A stretch of DNA of 64,000 nucleotides from an uncultured Aminicenantes bacterium (GTDB lineage Bacteria > Acidobacteriota > Aminicenantia > UBA2199): positions 1 to 64,000 of the forward strand of contig CBDAFS010000024.1 in assembly GCA_965195285.1 (NCBI GenBank), read 5' to 3'. Shown here in pieces: positions 49,841 to 58,905 of the stretch. How positions within the stretch are numbered: the first letter of the stretch is position 1; each line of letters opens with the position of its first letter. Below the pieces are notes generated by a model that saw only the letters and a list, made by a program, of their open reading frames with translations, was not told the DNA's origin and did no database searches. A program made the position numbers and the translations under genes.

Positions 49841-50766
49841 TCGGTCTCTTTCTCCTCTACATACTTTTTGACCTGTTCATAATGCAGATCGATAAAGCTG
49901 TTGTTTTTTGAATCTTTATTCAATTGAACGGCTTTTTTCAAATAGATCAAGGCCTGGTCATAATGTCCGGTATAGAAATAGTTTAATCCCAGCAGGTCAT
50001 AGGCCACCGCATCATCCGGGTCTAATTTGATTAATCTCTGGGTGATCCTCAGGGCCAGATCATGGTTTTTTAAACGGATTAAAACCTGGGCATAATATTT
50101 CAGTACATCCACATTGGTTTTGTTTTTTTCATAGGCTTTTTTATATTCAATACAGGCATTGGGATAATCAAACCGTTGATAGTAATAGGTCCCAAGGTTA
50201 AGTGCGGTCAAAGGGGAATGGTAAATTTCCTCTATTTGGAAATCAAAAAATTCCGGAATCACAATCATGGCCCACCGGTTGTTATTTATGGAATTGCCTC
50301 GCTCCCAGAGACCCTGAAATTTATCCCATTTCACTTTCTGAATTTTTTTCTTGGCTGGATCTTTAACCAAAATCAATTTTTTTTCAAGTTCCATCCCAAC
50401 CACAACCCTGAAATGTCCCAATTTAAAACCTTTTTTGAAATCCTGAAGAACAATAACCGGGATCTTATTCGAAAGCAATTTTTGAAGGAGCTTGAAGTCT
50501 CCTGTAAAAGAAAAGGCCCTCAGTCCGTATTGCTCTGGGAAAAAAATCATGCTTGAGTTGGAGGTTCCTCTTATCGTTTTGGAAAACGTCAAGCCGACCA
50601 ATTCGTCAAAACATACATTCTCCATTCCCCAATACTCCATTAGCAGATATAACACCATGGGCCCGCAATAAAAGACATTGGGTTGAATATAGTCCTTCAA
50701 TTTCAAAAAATCAGGCGGAAAGTCACTTGTGAAAAGAATGGCAGTCAAGGCAATTAAAAGAAGCAA
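49837..50766 (-). CDS. C39-like cysteine peptidase with C-terminal TPRs (PA2778-like)
   Basis: YCGP (Cys), IPVIVL, GHFRVVVG (His), KDP (Asp), F...W, then TPRs; possible ATT start at 50787. Confidence 0.85.
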   Translation of the reverse strand: MLLLIALTAILFTSDFPPDFLKLKDYIQPNVFYCGPMVLYLLMEYWGMENVCFDELVGLTFSKTIRGTSNSSMIFFPEQYGLRAFSFTGDFKLLQKLLSNKIPVIVLQDFKKGFKLGHFRVVVGMELEKKLILVKDPAKKKIQKVKWDKFQGLWERGNSINNNRWAMIVIPEFFDFQIEEIYHSPLTALNLGTYYYQRFDYPNACIEYKKAYEKNKTNVDVLKYYAQVLIRLKNHDLALRITQRLIKLDPDDAVAYDLLGLNYFYTGHYDQALIYLKKAVQLNKDSKNNSFIDLHYEQVKKYVEEKETD

Positions 50767-50984
50767 AAATAAAAGTTTATTGGAAATGAAATCACCACCA
50801 CTGCTAAAAATATTTTAACCGAAATGCTTTATATATCGGCTCGGATACCGGGAATCATGTGAATTCAGTTTACTATTTTTTTACTATATAAATTTAGTAT
50901 TCTATGCTTTTAAATCAACCGGAATTATTCACACAGGGGTTGTCGGAATAGAAAAGCTAAACATGAAGGTTGGATTCCGGGTTT

Positions 50985-51293
50985 TTAATACCAATACCAC
51001 GGATCATATAAGAGGAGCAATAATACGACAAGAACAACAGTGGCAATCAGGGTAATCCATAACCACGTGTAATCATAACGACGATAATAACCACCGCCAT
51101 CTTCATCTCCCAGAATCAAATCATTTTTCAATAACTGCACATGAATGTCACTGTCAATTTTGGACATATCAATTGACTCTTTTTGCTGTTTGATGATTTC
51201 CTGTGAACTGTGAACTGCATAGATATCTTGAGTAGAAGAGACAAAAAAGAATGTAACCGCTGCAATCAAGGCAATAAAATGTTTTAATTTCAT
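50985..51293 (-). CDS. Small exported protein with C-terminal TM helix (PA2779-like)
   Basis: Signal peptide, acidic helical spacer, GGG, hydrophobic tail, YDPWYWY end; SD GGAGG; promoter TTGACT-17-TATACT at 51368-51340. Confidence 0.65.
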   Translation of the reverse strand: MKLKHFIALIAAVTFFFVSSTQDIYAVHSSQEIIKQQKESIDMSKIDSDIHVQLLKNDLILGDEDGGGYYRRYDYTWLWITLIATVVLVVLLLLLYDPWYWY

Positions 51294-51414
51294 TTAATAA
51301 CCTCCAATCATACAATACTCATGAATTAACTTCATGAAAAGTATAAAAGGGTGAAAATTGAAAGTCAACTAAAAAATAATAAATATATTTTTTCTTCTTG
51401 GCTATTTCAGTTTT

Positions 51415-52521
51415 TTATTTTGGATCTTCGGCTTTAGGCTCCGCTTGACTTTGGGAAATGCCTGATCCCTGATCGGATCGGGTTTCAACCGTAAAGGCAT
51501 AGGACAGGGCAAAAAATATAATTCCCACCACACAAACGGTTCCGGCAACGGCGATGACCGGAGAGAACAGTTTATCGAAAACCACATTGAATATACCACC
51601 CAGATTTTCAAAAACAACTTCATGCACATCAAAGGGAATTTCACTTGAGTAGTCATAGGGTATGTCATAGAAAAACAGATTGGTCACATTTTTGGCAAAG
51701 AGAGCCGGCAGCAAAGCGGACAGCCCCCCGATAGCGGTGGAAACGCCGCTCCAGCGTAAAAAATTTGATTTGGATGTCGCAGCTATTAATGAACCCAGCA
51801 ATATAAACACGGCGGGTATGAGAAAAAGCAAATAGGTCAGGGAAACCACACCCTTGGATATTGAAATTCCCCTGGGCAAATAATCAACTCCCTCGAACAT
51901 ATCGACTTCATCGGGAATGTCTTCATTCATTTCAACACGGATATTCTGGAGTGTTTCCCTGACGGTATTGAGGTCCGGCTTGCAGGCCGGAAGCAGACCA
52001 TCATGATCGTGGTATTGATCCAGGGCAGCCTCATTCCAAATATCCTGCTCAGTGACATTACATGGAGGCAATTGATCCAGGACTTTTATGAATTCCCTTT
52101 CTATGGATTCATGCTGAAGAGCACGTTTAAGAGGACGCATGTCCAAAATGATAGATTTGGGTGGTATTTCACCCCTCAGCATTTCCCCAATTTCCTGCAG
52201 TGAACCTGACAATTCGTTTTTTAGCCAATCCAGCAGCCCAATTTCTTTCATCAGATCACGGGGAGAAAAACCGGATTTCCGGGCAGCATTAATCCATTCC
52301 CGGGCATTACTGTCAGAAATAGCATCTTTTCTTTGCACGGCTTTATACATGTCATCAACCACATAGGGTACTTCATTGATAATTTCTTGTGGCAGGTCGG
52401 ATAGAAATTCAGGTGAAACCGCAGCCTTGGTCATACCGACTGCCCAGATGATTCCAAAGAGAGTGGGGATACCAATAAATACAATTACCAATAAACCAAT
52501 AATTTTTCTTAATGGATTCAT
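51415..52521 (-). CDS. Hypothetical membrane protein
   Basis: N-terminal TM, soluble domain with Cys pair, three C-terminal TM helices; SD AAGGAGG. Confidence 0.7.
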   Translation of the reverse strand: MNPLRKIIGLLVIVFIGIPTLFGIIWAVGMTKAAVSPEFLSDLPQEIINEVPYVVDDMYKAVQRKDAISDSNAREWINAARKSGFSPRDLMKEIGLLDWLKNELSGSLQEIGEMLRGEIPPKSIILDMRPLKRALQHESIEREFIKVLDQLPPCNVTEQDIWNEAALDQYHDHDGLLPACKPDLNTVRETLQNIRVEMNEDIPDEVDMFEGVDYLPRGISISKGVVSLTYLLFLIPAVFILLGSLIAATSKSNFLRWSGVSTAIGGLSALLPALFAKNVTNLFFYDIPYDYSSEIPFDVHEVVFENLGGIFNVVFDKLFSPVIAVAGTVCVVGIIFFALSYAFTVETRSDQGSGISQSQAEPKAEDPK

Positions 52522-52724
52522 TTACTTGCCTCCTTATCTATACCGGTTCCCTATTTATTAATTATAACGTATTAGAATTAATTTTGTTCAATTTTTTTAT
52601 TGATTTCATGACTAAAACAAACATGATCAGGCCAGGCAGATCCGATAGCTGGTTTGATCACTGGCTGATGCTTGAAAACTCGCAAAATCTAAGTTAATAT
52701 ATTGTCAGGCTACATTTTCAGAGT

Positions 52725-53168
52725 ATGGATTTTGATAGTGTAAATAAATTAATATCAACCCATTACCGGTTGCTGCGTAAGTTCTCGGACAAAGAATTTT
52801 TGGAAATCAATGAGGAAATTTCACAAAAGATCTTTATTGAAGAAAAAGAAAAAAATGATGTTCTGTGCAGGGTCTGCAAGTACAATATATCATCAATGGA
52901 TGAGATGATTGAGTTCAATGGCTCTCATCAGCATACATTTAAAAATCCAGTGGGCATTGTTTACCGGATAAGGTGTTTTTCCTCAGCAAGCGGGTGTATG
53001 CTGATTGGTGCTCCCACAACCGATAACACCTGGTTTCCGGGATTCAGCTGGAATTTTGCCCTATGCTCACAATGTTTTTCGCATCTGGGCTGGTTTTATC
53101 AATCATCACAGATGACTTTCTTCGGTCTGATCCTCGAGAATATAATTGAAAATTCTTCTACCCATTAA
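52725..53168 (+). CDS. Bacterial cereblon (CULT domain) protein
   Basis: CRVC...HTFKNPVG..CFS...TWFPGFSW..ALCSQC..HLGWFY...FFGLI. Confidence 0.9.
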   Translation: MDFDSVNKLISTHYRLLRKFSDKEFLEINEEISQKIFIEEKEKNDVLCRVCKYNISSMDEMIEFNGSHQHTFKNPVGIVYRIRCFSSASGCMLIGAPTTDNTWFPGFSWNFALCSQCFSHLGWFYQSSQMTFFGLILENIIENSSTH

Positions 53169-53257
53169 AATCATTGACATATTTTTTTAAAACGATAAAA
53201 TGTAAATTATTATAAAAATATATTTTTTAAATGAAAATGCAGGATTGAATTAGAGAG

Positions 53258-54625
53258 ATGGGTTCCATAAAAACCGGCAAACGATTTTTCAATTTGAATA
53301 TCGGGTGTAAGTTATTAATGGGATATTCAACCCTTATTCTGCTTACCATTCTCACTGCTTTTTTTGCTCTCCATTATTTGGATAAATTAAATTCCATCAA
53401 CGAAAGCATTACCCAAAAAAATATTCCTATAATCAATGCTGCCGAAAACATGATTGAAAGTGTTTATTCACAGGAACTTTTCGGTAGCCGCTACTACATA
53501 TTAAAAAGTAACAAAATGATGGAACTCTTTTCCAACAGCCAAATTGAATTCAAAAAACATCTCAATACCCTGAATGAACTTCTGACTGAGGACATTGAAA
53601 AGGTTAGGGAAATTCAATCTGTTTACGATGAGTATAATGCCTTATTTCGGGAATGGTTTCTATCGAAAATCGAGTCGACATCCGACCAAAAAAAGTACGA
53701 CAAAACCATTTTTGAAAAGCAGAGTCAATTAATCGCTCAGATCCAGGGGGTTTACAATCAAGCCAATCTTGATCAAAACCAAAAAAACATTACCCTCTCC
53801 CTAATCGGAGTAAAGGCTTTCCGGATTATAACAATTATCTGTATCATTAGCATTATTATCGGCATTGGAGCCGCGTTGCGTATCACCCACAGTATTTCAA
53901 AACCGATTGTTCTGCTTAAAAACGCCACCCATGAAATAGCGAAGGGGAATTTCGACCACATGCCAGATATTAAAAACGAGGATGAAATCGGAGACCTGGC
54001 CCATTCTTTCGAAGAAATGGGCAAAAGGTTAAAAAATATTGAAGAGATGTATCTGGATGCCAATCCATTGACCCGTTTACCCGGTGGCATTGCCATTGAA
54101 AATGTATTAAAAAAAAGAATCAATTCAACGGTTCCCATTGCCTTTTGTTTGGTTGACCTGGATCATTTCAAGATTTTCAATGATCACTATGGCTATGTCC
54201 GTGGGAACAAAGTTATCAAAAAAACCGCAGAGATTATCGAATCCGCATCAAAAAAATTTGGAACCAAGAATGATTTTATTGGACATATCGGTGGCGATGA
54301 TTTTGTGATTATCACTTCGGCTAAGCACTTCGAGAAAATATGTCAGTTTATCGTTGACATGTTTGATCGCTTAATAGTTGAATTCTATGATAAGGTTGAC
54401 CTGGACACCGGGTTTATACTGGAAAAATCCCGTTCCGGTATAAAGCAAAAATTCACGGTCATGACCATTTCTATTGCCGTGGTAACCAATAAAGGAAAAA
54501 AATTCAAACACCATATTGAAGTGGGTGAAATCGCTGCCGAGCTGAAAAATTATGCCAAGTCTTTACCCTCCAGCCTTTTCATCGTTGACCGGCGAATGAA
54601 GAATTCAAACCGCACCAAGTCATAA
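53258..54625 (+). CDS. Membrane diguanylate cyclase (periplasmic helical sensor, HAMP, GGDEF)
   Basis: Two TMs, HAMP DEIGDLA..F..M, DANPLTRLPG, DLDHFKIFNDHYG, HIGGDDF. Confidence 0.92.
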   Translation: MGSIKTGKRFFNLNIGCKLLMGYSTLILLTILTAFFALHYLDKLNSINESITQKNIPIINAAENMIESVYSQELFGSRYYILKSNKMMELFSNSQIEFKKHLNTLNELLTEDIEKVREIQSVYDEYNALFREWFLSKIESTSDQKKYDKTIFEKQSQLIAQIQGVYNQANLDQNQKNITLSLIGVKAFRIITIICIISIIIGIGAALRITHSISKPIVLLKNATHEIAKGNFDHMPDIKNEDEIGDLAHSFEEMGKRLKNIEEMYLDANPLTRLPGGIAIENVLKKRINSTVPIAFCLVDLDHFKIFNDHYGYVRGNKVIKKTAEIIESASKKFGTKNDFIGHIGGDDFVIITSAKHFEKICQFIVDMFDRLIVEFYDKVDLDTGFILEKSRSGIKQKFTVMTISIAVVTNKGKKFKHHIEVGEIAAELKNYAKSLPSSLFIVDRRMKNSNRTKS

Positions 54626-54682
54626 ATTCCATAACTATTTTTATTCCTTGATATAAAATTTAAAATAAGATAAATTAACAAC

Positions 54683-55240
54683 ATGAAAAAATATTTTATA
54701 CCTTTTCTGATTGTGAACACTATTTTATTTTACAGCTGCGCCTCATTATTTAAAAAACGGAATGTGTCTAACCAAGGATTACTGAAAATTGAAATTTCTA
54801 CCCTTGCACCTGATCAATTCAATGACTATATATTTCAATTAAATGAAATAGCCAATAAATCAGAATCCGATTATCAAAAAAGATTGGCCCATTTATACAT
54901 GGCCCGCGCCTTGGTATACCATCGAAACCCATCAATCCAGTATGACAGGGCCGTGGAAAGTTTCAATGAGTATCTCAAGCTTGAATCGAACCAAAACCAA
55001 AAGGATGAGATCATGTCATGGGTACATCTTTTAAATCATCTGAGTAAATTAAAGGCGGAATTGGAAGATGTGAAACGAATGATACCTTCCCTGGGCCTGG
55101 AAAACCAAAACCTGGCCAAACAGGTAAAAGATCAGGCCAAAACCATTCAACAGTTGAAAATAAAAATAAAAAGGTTGGATTCACTGTATTTTAAAATCGA
55201 GAAAAAAAAGAAGAAAAATAACAACAAGTCAAATCAATAA
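54683..55240 (+). CDS. Coiled-coil lipoprotein
   Basis: Lipobox FYSC; NP...YDRA..SF..Y; C-terminal coiled coil. Confidence 0.6.
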   Translation: MKKYFIPFLIVNTILFYSCASLFKKRNVSNQGLLKIEISTLAPDQFNDYIFQLNEIANKSESDYQKRLAHLYMARALVYHRNPSIQYDRAVESFNEYLKLESNQNQKDEIMSWVHLLNHLSKLKAELEDVKRMIPSLGLENQNLAKQVKDQAKTIQQLKIKIKRLDSLYFKIEKKKKKNNNKSNQ

Positions 55241-55262
55241 CCGCTTTGCTGTGGTTTTCGGA

Positions 55263-55535
55263 TCAAAAATGTTTAACCTCATCCAGGGAAGAGAAGCTGA
55301 CGATAAATTCCATATTGACGTAAACTTTATGACGATTTGATTTTATTCCGGTTTTTTTGCTTTCCAGAACATAAAATTCCTTTGTGGTCTGAACGGCATT
55401 GCTGTCATGAACGTCAGCTCCGGATAAGACAATACAATTATCCAATATTTCATCCAATATCCCGATGTATACCCAGGCTGACCGGGTATCAATGACAATT
55501 TTCTTTTTTAAATATTTTTTTAATGCCTGTTTCAT
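55263..55535 (-). CDS. Small Sm/LSm-fold-like protein
   Basis: YLKKKIVIDT...YIGIL.....IVLSGADVHD...VYVN...IVSFS; ATGA overlap with the upstream gene. Confidence 0.55.
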   Translation of the reverse strand: MKQALKKYLKKKIVIDTRSAWVYIGILDEILDNCIVLSGADVHDSNAVQTTKEFYVLESKKTGIKSNRHKVYVNMEFIVSFSSLDEVKHF

Positions 55536-57673
55536 GATAATCCATTCACCCTCAATATCTGGATGTTGTTTTTATCCACATCGTATTTTTCCCATATTTT
55601 AATGGCCATGGAAAGAGATTCGATCACTGGTACGGTATAACTCGATATTCCCTTCCTTCTCAGGTAATCCCGATTTTGCCACACATATTCCGAATAACCC
55701 CTGGGTGCCAGAATAAGCGGTTTGGATATCATTTCGGAAAGGTCAATCAGGTAATCATTGATATATTCACTCAACCCGGGAACCTGAAAGTAAAGGGCCA
55801 GTAAAATCACATCCACCTGTGGATCGTTATCCAGTATTTTAATGGCCTCAACCAGTCTTCTGTCATCACAATCCCCGAAAAGGTCCAGAGGATTGGAACT
55901 GATCATTTCCAATACTATTTTCTTTTTTTCTTCTGAAGAAATATGAAATTTATCTATTAACAATTCCGATAACTGATGCATGCTGCGGTCAGAAAATCCA
56001 GCCAGTTGCATACCGGCCTGGGTGATCTGGTCGGCCAGTAGAATACCAGCTCCGCCACCCACGGTGATAATACCGACCCGGTTGCCCCTGGCCCTGGGTT
56101 GTGTGGCCAGAATAGACAGAATATTAACCAGAATTTTAGGATCTTCGGTGAGTTCTTCAATGAGAAAAAATCCGGCTTGATCACAGGCTGCTTTAAAAGC
56201 CTGGAAACTGCCAGCCAGGGAAGCCGTATGGGACATGGTGGCGGCCGCTCCCCCGCCGACTCCTCCTTTGATTACAATAACCGGTTTCTCTTTACTTATT
56301 TCTTTTCCAACCTCGATAAACTGAAGTCCGTCCTTCAAACCCTCCAGATACAAAGCAATGACCTTTATGCGAACATCCTCTTTCATATGATTGAGCAATT
56401 CGGGAATGGTCACCCCACTGGAATTTCCACATGACACCCATCTCCCCACCGGAATATTATCTCCAGCTAACATTTCCAGCAATTCAAGCCCAATCCCGCC
56501 ACTCTGGGATATGATTCCAATTCCACCGGGTTTCTCAATAAAACTCGTCTTCCGTTCCGGAATAAACATGGTGTTAACCCCGGAAAAATTATCAATGATT
56601 CCCAGACAATTAGGTCCGATATAATTCACATGAGATTCATCGGCAATATTTTTTATCTCCAGTTCCAAATCATTTCGTCCCACTTCAGCAAATCCGTCAC
56701 TCACAATTACTGCTCCCTTCCCTCCTTTGTTGACAAACTGCTTGAAAGCAGTCACGGATTTCTCTGCACCGATTGCAAAAATACCCAGGTCAATATCATT
56801 GGGGATTTCCTCCAGCCGGGAAAAACACTTTTTTCCGAAAAGTTGTGTTACTTTGGGATTCATGGGGTACAAAACCGGAAAATCAATCATATTCCTCATA
56901 ATGGTTCCACCTACGGTTCCGGTTCGATTGGCCCCGAAAAGGACAATTGATTTGGGTGAAAAAATGGCATCGAGGCTTTTTAAGCGTAGCAAATCAATAT
57001 CTTCTGCCCGTGGAGGAATAATTGGATCACCCTTTATGATCCGGGCATCAACAATGGACAGGTTGTTTTCATATACGATTACCGGATTCAGGTCCAGTTC
57101 AACTATGTCCGGATTCTCACTCATCATTTTGGAAACTTTTATGGCCAGTTCAACGACTTTCTCCTTATCCAAACGGGGACCTCTGAATCCGTCTAACACG
57201 CGATTGGCACGGGTCTGAGACAACATATGCAATACATCTTCCTTCCTTAATACACCCACACCAGGGAAGGCATCTTCCCATAATTCAACAAAACGTCCCC
57301 CGGTACCGACCATGGTTACCGGACCGTAGCATACATCCTGCTTGGCCCCGATGAGTAATTCAAATCCCGGGGAGGCCATTTCCTGGATTAACACCCCGGT
57401 TATTTGCTTCACTCCTGCATTCAGGGCATTTTCCATTATTTCATCATAAGCTTTGGAAACTTCCTGCTCGGTTCTCAAATTGAGTTTTACCACATTAAAA
57501 TCTGTCTTATGAATGACTTCGGGTGACACAATTTTTAAAACAGCCGGTCTCTTAATCTGAGCAGTAATCTCCAGGACCTTTGCCTTGGTGGTGACCAGTT
57601 CACCCATCGCATCAATATCGTATTGCTTTAGAATTTCCTTGGTCAGACCATAATCCAGCTGATAGTTATCCAT
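55532..57673 (-). CDS. ADP-forming acyl-CoA synthetase, ATP-grasp (beta) fused before CoA-binding (alpha)
   Basis: VLKIVSPEVIHKTD, ELDLNP, GPNCLG, SQSGG, LYLEG, phospho-His motif SHTASLAG, NPLDL. Confidence 0.9.
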   Translation of the reverse strand: MDNYQLDYGLTKEILKQYDIDAMGELVTTKAKVLEITAQIKRPAVLKIVSPEVIHKTDFNVVKLNLRTEQEVSKAYDEIMENALNAGVKQITGVLIQEMASPGFELLIGAKQDVCYGPVTMVGTGGRFVELWEDAFPGVGVLRKEDVLHMLSQTRANRVLDGFRGPRLDKEKVVELAIKVSKMMSENPDIVELDLNPVIVYENNLSIVDARIIKGDPIIPPRAEDIDLLRLKSLDAIFSPKSIVLFGANRTGTVGGTIMRNMIDFPVLYPMNPKVTQLFGKKCFSRLEEIPNDIDLGIFAIGAEKSVTAFKQFVNKGGKGAVIVSDGFAEVGRNDLELEIKNIADESHVNYIGPNCLGIIDNFSGVNTMFIPERKTSFIEKPGGIGIISQSGGIGLELLEMLAGDNIPVGRWVSCGNSSGVTIPELLNHMKEDVRIKVIALYLEGLKDGLQFIEVGKEISKEKPVIVIKGGVGGGAAATMSHTASLAGSFQAFKAACDQAGFFLIEELTEDPKILVNILSILATQPRARGNRVGIITVGGGAGILLADQITQAGMQLAGFSDRSMHQLSELLIDKFHISSEEKKKIVLEMISSNPLDLFGDCDDRRLVEAIKILDNDPQVDVILLALYFQVPGLSEYINDYLIDLSEMISKPLILAPRGYSEYVWQNRDYLRRKGISSYTVPVIESLSMAIKIWEKYDVDKNNIQILRVNGLS

Positions 57674-57730
57674 GTTGGCTCCTTTTTTATATCCTCATTA
57701 TCGTGTCAACATTTTACAACATATAACTCT

Positions 57731-58843
57731 CTATTTCCAGCCTTTTACCCTTCTGGTGAGCCGGTAGTTTTCAGTAAAATAAGTCCTCAATAGTGGGAAA
57801 AACTTGTGGTTTGCCCCTGGAAACGGATAATCTTTTATCTGATGAATCGAAATCCATTGGAAGGGATATTCCGTCCGTATTCGATTGTCTCCGGAAATTT
57901 CGCATATAAAAAAGCTCAACTTTATCCTGAAGTGGGTATAGGCATGTTTTATAGATGCCAGTTTGGTTTTGATATCAACTCTTATTCCCAGTTCTTCGAA
58001 AATCTCCCGTTTCAGGGCTCGCTCTGGAGATTCACCCGATCGGGCTTTTCCTCCCGGGAATTCCCATAAACCACCCAGGTGCCCCCTTGAAGGTCTTTTT
58101 TGAATGTAAAATTGATCGCCTTTAATAATCACCGCAATCGAAACCGGAAACTCCGGTATTATTGACCTGGGCGATTTTACCGGAAACAGATCGATTTTGC
58201 CTGATCTGTATGCACGGCACCCCGTATTTAACGGACAAGTTAAACATTTCGGGTTTTTAGTCTTACAAATCCGGGAACCCAGTTCCATCAAGGCCTGGTT
58301 AAAATCACCGCAACGCACCTGAGGAATGATATCCTGAAGTTCCGAAAATATCTTTTTACGTGTTTGAGGCTTTCTGATATCCATTCGCAGGGCTTTGAAA
58401 CGGCAGAATACCCGCATGACATTCCCATCAACTGCCGGTACCGGGATTCCCCTGCTTATACTGAAAACCGCTGCAGCCACATAGGGACCGACTCCGGGAA
58501 GCTTTTGGAATTGTTCGATCCGATCCGGAATATGACCCTTATGTTGCGATTCGATCAGCTGGGTTGCCCGATGCAGATTCCGGGCCCGGGAATAATAACC
58601 CAATCCCTCCCAGTACTTCAACACATCTTCTTCAGAAGCACTTGCCAGGGTTTTCAAATTGGGAAATTTCGATAAAAACCGTTGGTAGTAAGGGATAACA
58701 GTTGATACCTGGGTTTGCTGGAGCATGATTTCAGAAATCCATATGGAATATAGATCTTTGGTTTTTCTCCAGGGCATGTCACGCTGGTTCCGATCAAACC
58801 AGAAAAGAAGCTCCTTTATTATTTCTTTATGCATTTTGCTCAC
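57731..58843 (-). CDS. mutY: A/G-specific adenine glycosylase with intact C-terminal Nudix box
   Basis: WISEIMLQQT, WEGLGYYSRARNL, LPGVGPY, VDGNV, C-X6-C-X2-C-X5-C cluster, GLWEFPGG. Confidence 0.96.
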   Translation of the reverse strand: MSKMHKEIIKELLFWFDRNQRDMPWRKTKDLYSIWISEIMLQQTQVSTVIPYYQRFLSKFPNLKTLASASEEDVLKYWEGLGYYSRARNLHRATQLIESQHKGHIPDRIEQFQKLPGVGPYVAAAVFSISRGIPVPAVDGNVMRVFCRFKALRMDIRKPQTRKKIFSELQDIIPQVRCGDFNQALMELGSRICKTKNPKCLTCPLNTGCRAYRSGKIDLFPVKSPRSIIPEFPVSIAVIIKGDQFYIQKRPSRGHLGGLWEFPGGKARSGESPERALKREIFEELGIRVDIKTKLASIKHAYTHFRIKLSFFICEISGDNRIRTEYPFQWISIHQIKDYPFPGANHKFFPLLRTYFTENYRLTRRVKGWK

Positions 58844-58905
58844 TGATGCTGGATCAAAATAGGTTAAAATACCGTAGCCGGTTGTTTTCGGTAGCCTGTC
58901 CTTTT

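Noticed and set aside
52623-52659. Hairpin TGATCAGGCCAG...CTGGTTTGATCA as an ncRNA or terminator
   Set aside because: Single stem between divergent genes, no U-tract and no recognisable family features
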